This document shows positions 22,399-32,282 of a DNA stretch of 64,000 nucleotides, piece after piece. The position numbers and the translations under genes are program-made. Source of the stretch: an uncultured cyanobacterium (GTDB lineage: Bacteria; Cyanobacteriota; Cyanobacteriia; Cyanobacteriales; Nostocaceae); assembly GCA_963706595.1 (NCBI GenBank), contig OY970166.1:5408001-5472000 (forward strand), read 5' to 3'. The notes beneath the pieces were generated by a model. That model ran no database searches. It was given only the letters and a program-made list of their open reading frames with translations, and had not been told where the DNA came from. Every line of letters starts with the position of its first letter. Position 1 is the stretch's first letter.

Positions 22399-24870
22399 AT
22401 GTTTGAACGCTTCACAGAAAAAGCCATTAAGGTAATCATGCTGGCCCAAGAAGAGGCCCGCCGCTTAGGTCACAACTTCGTCGGAACCGAACAGATCCTC
22501 TTGGGTCTGATTGGGGAAGGAACGGGAGTTGCGGCTAAAGTGTTGAAATCAATGGGTGTCAATCTCAAAGATGCCCGCATTGAGGTAGAAAAAATCATAG
22601 GCCGGGGTTCGGGCTTTGTGGCTGTGGAAATTCCGTTTACGCCACGGGCAAAGCGAGTTTTAGAACTATCCTTGGAAGAAGCGCGCCAATTAGGGCATAA
22701 CTACATTGGCACCGAGCATCTGCTGTTGGGCCTGATCCGGGAAGGGGAAGGTGTGGCAGCCAGGGTGCTAGAAAATCTAGGGGTAGATTTATCGAAAGTA
22801 CGAACCCAAGTTATCCGAATGCTGGGAGAAACAGCAGAGGTTTCAGCCACTGGTCCATCGGGACGCACCAAAACTCCAACTTTGGATGAATTTGGCTCGA
22901 ACCTGACCCAAATGGCCGTAGACAACAAGCTAGACCCAGTTGTAGGACGCGCCAAAGAAATTGAACGAGTGATCCAAATTCTGGGTCGCCGGACTAAAAA
23001 TAATCCAGTATTGATTGGTGAACCAGGGGTTGGTAAAACAGCGATCGCTGAAGGTTTAGCATCGCGAATTGCCAACAAAGATATCCCCGATATCCTGGAA
23101 GATAAGCGCGTAGTCACTCTAGATATTGGCTTGCTAGTAGCAGGAACCAAGTACCGGGGTGAATTTGAAGAACGCCTCAAGAAAATCATGGATGAAATCC
23201 GCTCGGCGGGTAATGTCATTCTGGTGATTGACGAGGTACACACCCTGATTGGTGCAGGTGCGGCGGAAGGAGCCATTGACGCAGCAAATATCCTCAAGCC
23301 AGCTTTGGCTAGAGGCGAGTTGCAGTGTATTGGAGCCACAACCCTAGATGAGTACCGCAAGCACATCGAGCGAGATGCAGCCTTAGAGCGACGCTTCCAG
23401 CCAGTAATGGTAGGTGAACCGTCAGTTGATGAAACTATTGAAATCTTGCACGGGTTGCGCGAACGCTACGAGCAACACCACAAGTTGAAAATTTCCGATG
23501 AAGCTTTAGTAGCGGCGGCTAAATTGTCTGACCGTTACATCAGCGATCGCTACCTTCCAGACAAAGCCATCGATTTAATCGATGAAGCTGGTTCTAGGGT
23601 ACGTTTGATGAACTCCCAATTGCCACCAGCAGCCAAAGAGTTAGACAAAGAACTACGTCAAATCTTAAAAGAAAAAGACGACGCTGTTCGCTCTCAAGAT
23701 TTTGACAAAGCTGGTGAACTGCGCGATCGCGAAATGGAAATCAAAGGTGAAATCCGGGCGATCGCTCAAAGCAAAACCAGCGCCACCGGGACTGAAGGTG
23801 AAGAACCTGTAGTCGGCGAAGAGGACATTGCTCACATCGTCGCTTCCTGGACAGGCGTACCGGTGAACAAGCTCACCGAATCCGAATCCGAGAAGTTGCT
23901 GCACATGGAAGACACCTTGCATCAGCGCTTAATCGGTCAAGAAGATGCAGTTAAAGCAGTGTCACGAGCCATTCGACGCGCTCGTGTCGGGTTAAAGAAT
24001 CCCAATCGACCCATCGCCAGTTTTGTCTTCTCCGGTCCAACTGGTGTAGGTAAAACCGAGTTAGCGAAGTCCTTGGCTTCTTACTTCTTTGGTTCCGAAG
24101 AAGCAATGATCCGCCTGGATATGTCGGAATATATGGAACGCCACACAGTTAGTAAACTGATTGGTTCGCCTCCTGGTTATGTTGGATATAACGAAGGCGG
24201 TCAATTAACAGAAGCTGTGAGACGGCGACCTTATACAGTGGTGCTATTCGACGAAATCGAAAAAGCCCACCCCGATGTCTTCAATATGCTGTTGCAAATT
24301 TTGGAAGATGGTCGGTTAACTGATGCCAAAGGTCGCACGGTAGACTTCAAGAACACCTTGCTGATTTTGACTTCCAACATTGGTTCTAAGGTAATTGAAA
24401 AAGGCGGCGGCGGTATCGGCTTTGAATTCGCCGATGATGCTACCGAGACTCAATACAACCGCATTCGCTCTTTGGTGAACGAAGAACTGAAGCAATACTT
24501 CCGTCCAGAGTTCCTCAACCGTCTAGATGAGATTATCGTCTTCCGTCAGTTGAGTAAGCCAGAGGTGACAGAAATTGCCGAAATCATGCTCAAGGAAGTA
24601 TTTGGTCGTCTAACTGAAAAGGGTATCGTCTTAGAAGTTACCGATCGCTTCAAGGATCGCCTGATTGAGGAAGGTTACAGTCCTAGTTACGGTGCGAGGC
24701 CGTTACGTCGCGCGATTATGCGCTTGTTAGAAGACAGTCTAGCAGAAGAGATTCTGTCTGGTCGCATCAAGGATGGCGATACAGCCATAGTTGATGTTGA
24801 TGAAAATGGCATTGTCCAAGTTAGTTCTCAACAAACACGGGAGTTATTACCCCAAGGTGTTGAGTCGTAG
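22399..24870 (+). CDS. clpC: ATP-dependent Clp protease ATP-binding subunit ClpC
   Basis: [14 protein letters not shown] start; two Walker A motifs ([16 protein letters not shown]). Confidence 0.97.
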   Translation: MFERFTEKAIKVIMLAQEEARRLGHNFVGTEQILLGLIGEGTGVAAKVLKSMGVNLKDARIEVEKIIGRGSGFVAVEIPFTPRAKRVLELSLEEARQLGHNYIGTEHLLLGLIREGEGVAARVLENLGVDLSKVRTQVIRMLGETAEVSATGPSGRTKTPTLDEFGSNLTQMAVDNKLDPVVGRAKEIERVIQILGRRTKNNPVLIGEPGVGKTAIAEGLASRIANKDIPDILEDKRVVTLDIGLLVAGTKYRGEFEERLKKIMDEIRSAGNVILVIDEVHTLIGAGAAEGAIDAANILKPALARGELQCIGATTLDEYRKHIERDAALERRFQPVMVGEPSVDETIEILHGLRERYEQHHKLKISDEALVAAAKLSDRYISDRYLPDKAIDLIDEAGSRVRLMNSQLPPAAKELDKELRQILKEKDDAVRSQDFDKAGELRDREMEIKGEIRAIAQSKTSATGTEGEEPVVGEEDIAHIVASWTGVPVNKLTESESEKLLHMEDTLHQRLIGQEDAVKAVSRAIRRARVGLKNPNRPIASFVFSGPTGVGKTELAKSLASYFFGSEEAMIRLDMSEYMERHTVSKLIGSPPGYVGYNEGGQLTEAVRRRPYTVVLFDEIEKAHPDVFNMLLQILEDGRLTDAKGRTVDFKNTLLILTSNIGSKVIEKGGGGIGFEFADDATETQYNRIRSLVNEELKQYFRPEFLNRLDEIIVFRQLSKPEVTEIAEIMLKEVFGRLTEKGIVLEVTDRFKDRLIEEGYSPSYGARPLRRAIMRLLEDSLAEEILSGRIKDGDTAIVDVDENGIVQVSSQQTRELLPQGVES

Positions 24871-24893
24871 TTAGAAATTTGTAAAAGTTTCAG

Positions 24894-24929
24894 AAGCGGT
24901 GGGGAATTTTGGTTCTCTACCGTTTTTTT
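24894..24929 (+). terminator. Intrinsic terminator after clpC
   Basis: AAGCGGTGGGGAA/TTCTCTACCGTTT stem followed by a T-run. Confidence 0.65.
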
Positions 24930-25096
24930 GTGTCACATCGAGGAGCAGAAATGCAGAGAGTAGTTTTGGCTCGCTCGTTTTCTTATAAACAAGACTCTTA
25001 ATCAACTAAAATAAACACATATAGCAAAGCTTATATCTTGCACCAGGCGATTAAAATCGCCAAGGTTTGCTATAATAACCCAAAAAAATTAACAAA

Positions 25097-25369
25097 ATGC
25101 AAGCAATTCTCCTCAGCAGCGAAGAAGTTGGCAAACGTGCCAAAGAATTATATGACAATAGCATTCGTCAACAAGTAGAAACCGCAGAAAATATCGGTAA
25201 AATGGTAATTATTGATATAGAGACAGGTGAATATGCAGTTGATAAAACAGGTATAGAATCAGCAAGATATTTACGCAAAAAGAACCCACTAGGTAGACTC
25301 TATGGACTGCGTATTGGCTACAAAGTTGCTGTTTCTTTCTGTGGTGATATGGCGCGTGACTATCGGTGA
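25097..25369 (+). CDS. Small hypothetical protein coupled to the downstream aspartic protease gene
   Basis: GKMVIIDIETGEY motif; GTGA overlap with the next gene. Confidence 0.7.
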   Translation: MQAILLSSEEVGKRAKELYDNSIRQQVETAENIGKMVIIDIETGEYAVDKTGIESARYLRKKNPLGRLYGLRIGYKVAVSFCGDMARDYR

Positions 25370-25731
25370 TAACTGGTATTATTAAAAGCGGACATCCCAC
25401 AGTTAACGTCATATTTCGTCTGCCAAATAAACCAGATTTTACTATTGAATTTGTAATTGATACAGGGTTTACAGGTGAGCTTAGTTTACCACCAGCAGCA
25501 GTCACTTTAATGGGTTTACCTTTTCTATATGAACTACCTGCAAATCTAGCTAATAATAGTTGGGTAGATATACCAATACATGAGGCTGTTATTATCTGGA
25601 ATGGTCAAGAAAGATTAGTTAATGTTTTAGCTACAGGAAAGCGGCCTTTATTGGGAACTGCTTTACTGGATGGCTATGAACTATCTATACAATTTATAGA
25701 AGGCGGTTTAATAACAATTGAAAAATTATAG
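25366..25731 (+). CDS. Clan AA (retropepsin-like) aspartic protease
   Basis: IDTGF catalytic motif and PLLG C-terminal motif. Confidence 0.82.
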   Translation: MITGIIKSGHPTVNVIFRLPNKPDFTIEFVIDTGFTGELSLPPAAVTLMGLPFLYELPANLANNSWVDIPIHEAVIIWNGQERLVNVLATGKRPLLGTALLDGYELSIQFIEGGLITIEKL

Positions 25732-25774
25732 TGGAAGATAACAGCCTTAGATTATGGTTTTAAATTCCTAAATT

Positions 25775-25809
25775 AAATGGTAGAGAATTAATTCTTCTCT
25801 ACCGTTTTT
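25775..25809 (+). terminator. Second, related copy of the clpC terminator hairpin
   Basis: AAATGGTAGAGAA/TTCTCTACCGTTTTT; shares 15 identical nt with the 24894 hairpin. Confidence 0.6.
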
Positions 25810-25885
25810 CATGTATGTTTAATCCCTAACTCAACAGATTAGAGATATATTTCCTAGCTTTCCTTTACAGCTAAATTGTGAGTCT

Positions 25886-26638
25886 TTATTTCTGTACAGG
25901 TGCGAGTTTTAAAGGATACAATGGCTCAGATCCATTTAATTGCCAAATTCTAAATACCAATGCAGCAGCTACAGTTATCCAGACACAGGAAACAGATAAA
26001 ATCATTCCCGCTAAAGGAACTGTTTGCCAATAAATTGCTGTCACTACTAGAGCAGATAACCAAGGTCCTAAAATAACTACAGGAACAGCAGCACCTAATC
26101 TCCGTTCTACAGTAAAAATCGTATTCCAAGTATCGCCTAAAGCCAGATGTACCACAAACAGAATTAAAGGTAATACCAAAAATTGGTGATTCATTTCTTG
26201 CCAAACTAATACAGAAGAAATTACCCGCAACACTGCAATTATCATCCAAACTATGGGAAATGCTAAAGGTGGAGGAGACCATCTTGGCCTGATTACCTGG
26301 TCATAAGTTGTGCGAGAACGGGTATTATCTAAAAGGGAAAAAAGTCGGGAACGGATACTTAATACAGCAAAAAATAATGCAGTCAATACAGTGCTGAACC
26401 AACTGGGAAAGGAAGAATTGTGATCAATCAACATGATTAATTTTTCCATTCCCAGCAACACAAGAATCATCACTCCTATTTGGAGGATAGTTCCTAGTTT
26501 ATAAACTAAAACTGCTTTGATATCGAGTTCTTGTGTAGTAGCTACTGATGCATTTGGAAGCTGTTCTTTACCAGGTTTCAACCCCATTACTGTATTGACA
26601 AACTTTTCCAGTATGCCAGTATTGTTGGATTGGTTCAT
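25886..26638 (-). CDS. TspO/MBR-family tryptophan-rich sensory protein
   Basis: RPRWSPPPLAFPIVW and W.TIF motifs; multi-TM. Confidence 0.8.
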   Translation of the reverse strand: MNQSNNTGILEKFVNTVMGLKPGKEQLPNASVATTQELDIKAVLVYKLGTILQIGVMILVLLGMEKLIMLIDHNSSFPSWFSTVLTALFFAVLSIRSRLFSLLDNTRSRTTYDQVIRPRWSPPPLAFPIVWMIIAVLRVISSVLVWQEMNHQFLVLPLILFVVHLALGDTWNTIFTVERRLGAAVPVVILGPWLSALVVTAIYWQTVPLAGMILSVSCVWITVAAALVFRIWQLNGSEPLYPLKLAPVQK

Positions 26639-26719
26639 AATGAATAGATTGCGAGTAGTTTGTAACTATTAAAATTGTTCTTTTTCTAATTATATTGTAG
26701 AAATTTATAAAACATATAT

Positions 26720-27697
26720 CTATTCTTCAATTAACCAACCGCGCTTGATACCATATTCAATTCCTCCAGTCCAATCCATTGTTAAATGCTTTCGCACTTT
26801 ATGAAATAAATGTTGAACAACAGTTGGATTAATTTGATTTTTTACATAAGTTTCTTCGTACCTAAATTCTCGGTCGGTGTTTTTTTGCTGGCGTAGTACA
26901 TAAATCTGATCAACCTTGTACTTCCGAAGATTGACATCACTGGTTAACTTTATCCACTCCATCAGTACAATATACAAACTATTGGGATTTCTTGCTTTTA
27001 AGTCCTCTGCGGCTCGTGATGAACCTTCCAGCATAGTTTTATCTAGATATGTTTTACATTCAATAACAATAACTGGGATATCAAAAATATGAGTTTCCGT
27101 ATTACCTGTGATTGTAACTTCTGAGTAGTTTTCTGGTTCTTCTTTAAGAAGTGTCATCATTTCCCCAGGATTTTCTTCTTCTTCTGGTGGTGTAACTGCT
27201 TCAAATGATGCTTCAATAGTTGCACCAATCACAAAATCATGGTCTTTCTTTTCAATACGTGCATAGGGACGTTTAAGCATTTCAGCATATTTTGGAGGAA
27301 CAAAGAAAATATCTTTGAAAGTATGAGATTTTCCAATAAGAGCATTTTTTCCAAAATCTTTTGCTAAATCTCGAAATAGATAATACAGAAATTCTTCTAA
27401 TACACTGGAATGAAGATTTGAGCGAGAGTCAAATTTCTCAGCGTAATGTTGTTGATCTAAAAAATCCTTATATGTTGACAAAAGTTCTACTCGTTGGTTA
27501 ATAATTGCATCATCTTCATCAGTAGGTATTGATGTTGGTCCTACTAATTGAACATTAGCTAAATGCCATTTATTATATTGAACTCTAATTTCTTGGAGAT
27601 ATTTTTTACTTTCAGCATCTCTATATTTTTTGCGGTGATTCTCCTTTTGTTCCAGATTTGAACCGTGAACTAAAGGGTTTCTTTCGGTTACGGACAT
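26720..27697 (-). CDS. Type II restriction endonuclease, Bpu10I-like family
   Basis: SVLEEFL, KDHDF and ECKTYLDKTM PD-(D/E)xK motifs; overlaps the cognate C5 MTase. Confidence 0.8.
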   Translation of the reverse strand: MSVTERNPLVHGSNLEQKENHRKKYRDAESKKYLQEIRVQYNKWHLANVQLVGPTSIPTDEDDAIINQRVELLSTYKDFLDQQHYAEKFDSRSNLHSSVLEEFLYYLFRDLAKDFGKNALIGKSHTFKDIFFVPPKYAEMLKRPYARIEKKDHDFVIGATIEASFEAVTPPEEEENPGEMMTLLKEEPENYSEVTITGNTETHIFDIPVIVIECKTYLDKTMLEGSSRAAEDLKARNPNSLYIVLMEWIKLTSDVNLRKYKVDQIYVLRQQKNTDREFRYEETYVKNQINPTVVQHLFHKVRKHLTMDWTGGIEYGIKRGWLIEE

Positions 27698-28908
27698 AGT
27701 TCTAATTTCTCTTTAAGATGAACTGCAATTGCTTTAGCAAGAAGAGGTGGTACAGCATTACCTATTTGATTGTATTGACAAAGAAACTTCTCGCTCAATC
27801 TATTTTCCCTTTGTAATAATTTATGAGATACAACGGTTTTCTTCCCTAAAAAACGATAAGTATCAGGAAAAGATTGAATACGCGCACCTTCACGAGCGGT
27901 TAAATTACGGTGCTGGAAAGGATGGATAAAATTTGCATAAAAAGAAGCTGCTATGGTGTGGGCTGGTTTATCAGGATTTAAACGCCTGTTATTTTGGTCG
28001 TAAGTTATATTTGATAATTCACCATTTCCACTACGGCGTTTAGCACCATATTCTTTTGGTACGTCTGAACTAGATTGACCCCATTTGATTTGTTTAAAAC
28101 GTTCTACCAACCTCTGAGAATGTTCCATTGCTACATGATTATAGATAATTTTACTACCATTTCTGATCCAGTGCTGATAGTGATTTTGAGAGTCTAATAT
28201 CAAGGGTTGTTCCTCTTGTCCTTCTCGCGCATTAAGTGGAGGTAAATCTGAAATAGCATCCCATAATTTAATTGCAGGAATTAAATCTATGTCTCCAAAT
28301 GATAATTGAAAATTATGATTATTTAATAAACTTAGAGAATGCGTTTTTGGAGGAATACCTAATTTATTACCTAGTTTGTTTCCGACAATAAAGACACGCT
28401 CTCTAATTTGAGGTACACCATATTCAGCAGAATTAAGTAACCATATTTCTATGCAATATCCCATTTCCGAAAAAGTTTTTTTAATAATATCTATTACTTT
28501 TACACTTTCACTATTTTTCCGAGATAGTAAACCTTTTACATTTTCCATCACAAATGCTTTAGGTTCAAGAAAACTTATCCATTGAGCAAAGTTAATAAAT
28601 AAAGTATTTCTTGGATCATTTGGGTCTTTTTGGGCTGGTCCAGCAATACTAAAACCTTGACATGGTGGACCTCCAATAATAATATCCGGTTTGTAAAGAC
28701 ATATTTTTTTAACACTACTTAAAGTATTCAATTCCCGAATATCATTTTGAATCACTGTCATTTTTGGGTGGTTATAACGCAGCGTGTCACAAGCCCAAGT
28801 ATCAATTTCCACAGATAGAGGGATGGAAAAACCAGCCATCTCAAAACCTAAACTAAAGCCTCCAGCCCCAGCAAATAAATCAATAGCCACAAGTTGCTCT
28901 GTTTTCAT
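27688..28908 (-). CDS. C5-cytosine DNA methyltransferase
   Basis: DLFAGAGG, GGPPCQGFS, ENV, Q.RER and GNAV motifs. Confidence 0.95.
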   Translation of the reverse strand: MKTEQLVAIDLFAGAGGFSLGFEMAGFSIPLSVEIDTWACDTLRYNHPKMTVIQNDIRELNTLSSVKKICLYKPDIIIGGPPCQGFSIAGPAQKDPNDPRNTLFINFAQWISFLEPKAFVMENVKGLLSRKNSESVKVIDIIKKTFSEMGYCIEIWLLNSAEYGVPQIRERVFIVGNKLGNKLGIPPKTHSLSLLNNHNFQLSFGDIDLIPAIKLWDAISDLPPLNAREGQEEQPLILDSQNHYQHWIRNGSKIIYNHVAMEHSQRLVERFKQIKWGQSSSDVPKEYGAKRRSGNGELSNITYDQNNRRLNPDKPAHTIAASFYANFIHPFQHRNLTAREGARIQSFPDTYRFLGKKTVVSHKLLQRENRLSEKFLCQYNQIGNAVPPLLAKAIAVHLKEKLELCP

Positions 28909-29147
28909 AGATTCTTCGTGTAGTTACCAGAAATCTTGAAGATAAGTATAAAATTTTATATTTTTAGTTCACGCAAGTCTAAATTTAACACGCCTATGCT
29001 TTATGGTAATTGTCCAGTTAATTTTTGTGAAGGCGTTAGCAAAACTTACCGTTCGTGTAGCGTCTCGACGAAAAGGTATGCCTTGATATGGAAATAGTGC
29101 GATCGCATAGCTTACTTTAAAATAGAATTTATATCCCCCAAAAGGCT

Positions 29148-29561
29148 TCAGACATAAACTTGCGTCTGAATACCTAAATTTTCCATCAACGCATTCAGCG
29201 AAATTCCTCGTAAATTCGCTAACTCCACTAAATATTCAATGCGTTGCGCTTGCTGTTTTTCAATCTGTTCAGTTAAGCTCAATAACTCTCTATCTTCCTC
29301 ATCAGTGAGCGTTTCTGTCTCTCTTTTAGCTATTAAATCGTTGTAATAGTTCTGAATCTCTACAGAAATTGCCTGATTAATTTTTAATAACAATTCTGAC
29401 TCCTGTTGCATCAAACTGGGAGCAGTACGTTGTGCTTGTAAAGCGATAACTTGAGAAATAAACTGCTTTAAATCTGCTTGACTCAATTGCTCAACAGCTT
29501 TGAGCAAATCATCTGAAGACAATTGTAGTTCAATTTTCATTGTTGTCATTTTGCATCTCAC
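29148..29561 (-). CDS. Small helical protein of the type often annotated STAS/SEC14-domain, probable antitoxin-like
   Basis: ESELLLKINQ...LTDEE.RELL...LVELANLRGISL pattern. Confidence 0.6.
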   Translation of the reverse strand: MRCKMTTMKIELQLSSDDLLKAVEQLSQADLKQFISQVIALQAQRTAPSLMQQESELLLKINQAISVEIQNYYNDLIAKRETETLTDEEDRELLSLTEQIEKQQAQRIEYLVELANLRGISLNALMENLGIQTQVYV

Positions 29562-29680
29562 CAGCTAATGTATTGCTATTGTATATATTGTCACTACCAC
29601 GGCAGAGTTTATTTTATCTCAATTATACATAAACTTGTGTCTGAATACTCAAAGTTTCTATAATAACAGTAACCCTATTA

Positions 29681-30592
29681 ATGATGCTCATGATTGAACA
29701 CTATGAAAATGAAGAACATACCATCTTTCACGGTGATGCTATCAGTATTTTAGCCAATCATATTCCGTCCGAATCAGTTGATTTAATTTTTATCGATCCT
29801 CCCTATAACATAGGTAAGAAATTTGGTAACTTCCATGATAAATGGGAATCTGAGGAAGAATATATTCATTGGTCATATCAATGGCTTGATGAGTGTATTC
29901 GTATATTAAAACCAAATGGTTCACTCTATGTCATGACTAGCACCCAAGCCATGCCTTATTTTGATATTTACTTGCGAAAACAATTAACTATACTCAGTCG
30001 GATAATATGGCATTACGATAGTTCTGGAGTTCAAGCGACAAAATACTTTGGTTCAATGTATGAACCTATTCTTCATTGTGTTAAAGATAAAAATAACTAT
30101 ATTTTTAATGCCAATGATATCAAAGTTGAAGCTAAAACAGGCGCACAACGTAAATTAATTGATTACCGAAAATCAGTCCCCACTCCCTATAATACAGAAA
30201 AAGTACCTGGGAATGCTTGGTATTTTCCCCGTGTGAGATATCGCATGGAAGAATACGAAAATCATCCTTCACAAAAACCGGAGTCATTGCTAGAAAGAAT
30301 CATTTTAGCAAGTAGTCATGAAGGAAGTTTAATCCTTGACCCCTTTGCTGGAACTTTTACAACTGCGGCGGTGGCTAAACGCTTAGGTAGGAAATCTATC
30401 AGTATTGAACTGCAAGAAGAATATCTCAAAATCGGATTGAGAAGGGTTTTAGAATGGCAAGAATATAAAGGAGAAAAAATTTTATTACCAGAGAAAAACT
30501 ATAAGTTAAAAAATAAAAATGGTGAGAAAATAAATTTAGAAGATTTAGATTTTATCCCAGGGAGTATCTTTGATGCAAATACTAACACATGA
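29681..30592 (+). CDS. N6-adenine DNA methyltransferase, beta class (YhdJ/M.AvaIII-like)
   Basis: DPPY precedes HPSQKP and LDPFAGTFTT. Confidence 0.9.
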   Translation: MMLMIEHYENEEHTIFHGDAISILANHIPSESVDLIFIDPPYNIGKKFGNFHDKWESEEEYIHWSYQWLDECIRILKPNGSLYVMTSTQAMPYFDIYLRKQLTILSRIIWHYDSSGVQATKYFGSMYEPILHCVKDKNNYIFNANDIKVEAKTGAQRKLIDYRKSVPTPYNTEKVPGNAWYFPRVRYRMEEYENHPSQKPESLLERIILASSHEGSLILDPFAGTFTTAAVAKRLGRKSISIELQEEYLKIGLRRVLEWQEYKGEKILLPEKNYKLKNKNGEKINLEDLDFIPGSIFDANTNT

Positions 30593-30644
30593 TTTTACAC
30601 AAACAATAATTACTATTCTTAATAAATATTTTCCTGGACATTAA
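30573..30644 (+). pseudogene. 23-codon N-terminal stub of a gene overlapping the MTase stop (probable cognate restriction endonuclease), cut at a MITE
   Basis: GGAG RBS; MQILTHDFTQTIITILNKYFPGH; the stop is supplied by the MITE end. Confidence 0.5.
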
Positions 30645-30793
30645 GTAGGTAGGCACAAATAAACCTAACCATGTAACAAAATGTAAAATCCTCAAAACCC
30701 TTGCGATTGCTTCACTCCACTACGCTCCGTATGGCTAACGCCACGCTCCGCGAACGCAATGACATACCTTGAAATTTTTCCGCCTACCTACTC
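30642..30793. mobile_element. MITE with AGTAGGTAGGC...GCCTACCTACT terminal inverted repeats
   Basis: TIRs read directly; the right part recurs at 61772-61860. Confidence 0.75.
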
Positions 30794-30826
30794 ATCTTGG
30801 GTTGTAGTCATAAGTTTGCCTGATAC

Positions 30827-30901
30827 ATCAACTTTTTTTGATGAGTATTTCTATACATTGTGCTTTGGGGGATTGACATATCAAGTTTTTTTGAAATGAT
30901 A
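30827..30901 (+). promoter_or_regulatory. Two ArsR-type operator boxes and a sigma70 promoter for the ars operon
   Basis: ATCAACTTTTTTTGATG (30827) and ATCAAGTTTTTTTGAAA (30880) match the cyanobacterial ATCAA-N6-TTGAT ArsR box; TTGACA at 30873. Confidence 0.75.
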
Positions 30902-31163
30902 TATGTAACCTGAATATCAACCCTAAAGGTAAAAGTCAATGAATGCGATCGCAAACAACTTGGCTCTGGTGCTGGGTAGATATCATACCATACTTCCAGA
31001 CGGAAACAATGCCAGTTTTCCAGGGGCTAAGGGTAGTGCAGAAATCATTAACTAGCCGCCGATCAACGCGCCATTAACGCCGATAAAGAGTCTATTTGGG
31101 CAGGCGAAACATATTTTATCCAGACTCCGTACTGTTGAAGTTTTATTATTTATAGGAAGACAG

Positions 31164-32174
31164 ATGAAAGTTCGTGTAGGAATCAATGGATTCGGTAGAA
31201 TCGGACGGCTGGCTCTGCGGGCTGCGTGGGGTTGGTCAGAATTAGAGTTTGTCCATATCAATGAAATTAAAGGTGGGGCTGTAACTGCTGCACACTTGCT
31301 GAAGTTTGATTCTGTTCACGGACGCTGGACACCAGAGGTAGAAGCCCAAGGGGAATGTGTATTAATTGACGGTAAACCTCTGAGCTTTAGTGAGTCTGCT
31401 CAACCGGGTGACGTTCCTTGGGATGAGTTGGGTGTTGATTTGGTGCTGGAATGCTCTGGTAAATTTAGAACACCTGCGACTCTCGACCCCTATTTTAAGA
31501 GAGGAATACAAAAGGTAATTGTGGCTGCGCCGGTGAAGGAAGAAGCCTTAAATATTGTCATGGGGGTAAATGACCACCTCTATCAGCCGGAAAAGCATCA
31601 TCTATTAACTGCTGCTTCTTGTACTACTAACTGTTTGGCTCCAGTAGTCAAGGTAATTCATGAGGGTTTGGGGATTAAGCATGGCATTATTACCACCATT
31701 CATGACAATACCAATACTCAAACAATTGTTGATGCACCCCATAAAGATTTGCGTCGGGCGAGGGCTACGAGTATGTCTCTGATTCCCACAACTACTGGGT
31801 CAGCCACAGCAATTGGTTTGATTTATCCCGAACTCAACGGTAAGCTCAACGGTTTAGCTGTGAGAGTACCATTACTCAATGCTTCTTTAACAGACTGTGT
31901 GTTTGAAGTTATGCGACCAACCACAGTAGCAGAAGTTAATAGTTTGTTGAAAGCAGCTTCTGAACAAGCACCACTTAAAGATATTTTGGGTTATGAAGAG
32001 CGTCCTTTAGTATCTATTGATTACAAAGATGATCCTCGTTCTTCGATTATTGATGCTCTCTCCACAATGGTGGTGAATGAAACTCAAGTCAAAATCCTGG
32101 CTTGGTATGACAACGAATGGGGTTACGCCAACCGCATGGTTGAACTCGCTCGTAAGGTTGCATTGAGTCATTAG
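31164..32174 (+). CDS. gap3: ArsJ-associated glyceraldehyde-3-phosphate dehydrogenase
   Basis: [20 protein letters not shown] and WYDNEWGY motifs; directly upstream of arsJ. Confidence 0.88.
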   Translation: MKVRVGINGFGRIGRLALRAAWGWSELEFVHINEIKGGAVTAAHLLKFDSVHGRWTPEVEAQGECVLIDGKPLSFSESAQPGDVPWDELGVDLVLECSGKFRTPATLDPYFKRGIQKVIVAAPVKEEALNIVMGVNDHLYQPEKHHLLTAASCTTNCLAPVVKVIHEGLGIKHGIITTIHDNTNTQTIVDAPHKDLRRARATSMSLIPTTTGSATAIGLIYPELNGKLNGLAVRVPLLNASLTDCVFEVMRPTTVAEVNSLLKAASEQAPLKDILGYEERPLVSIDYKDDPRSSIIDALSTMVVNETQVKILAWYDNEWGYANRMVELARKVALSH

Positions 32175-32282
32175 TCATTGGTCATTAGTCATTGGTCATT
32201 AGTCATTAGGAAGTTACCGTCTTCTCTCCCCTGCCTCTTCCTCCCTACTCCCCACTCCCCACTCCCCACTCCCCAATTTTTC

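Noticed and set aside
22701..23366. 221-aa antisense ORF inside clpC (and other antisense or nested ORFs in the track)
   Set aside because: Shadow ORFs of well-supported genes with biased codon usage
32178..32282. N-terminal extension of arsJ
   Set aside because: Translated STRR repeats; the real start is more likely ATG 32283
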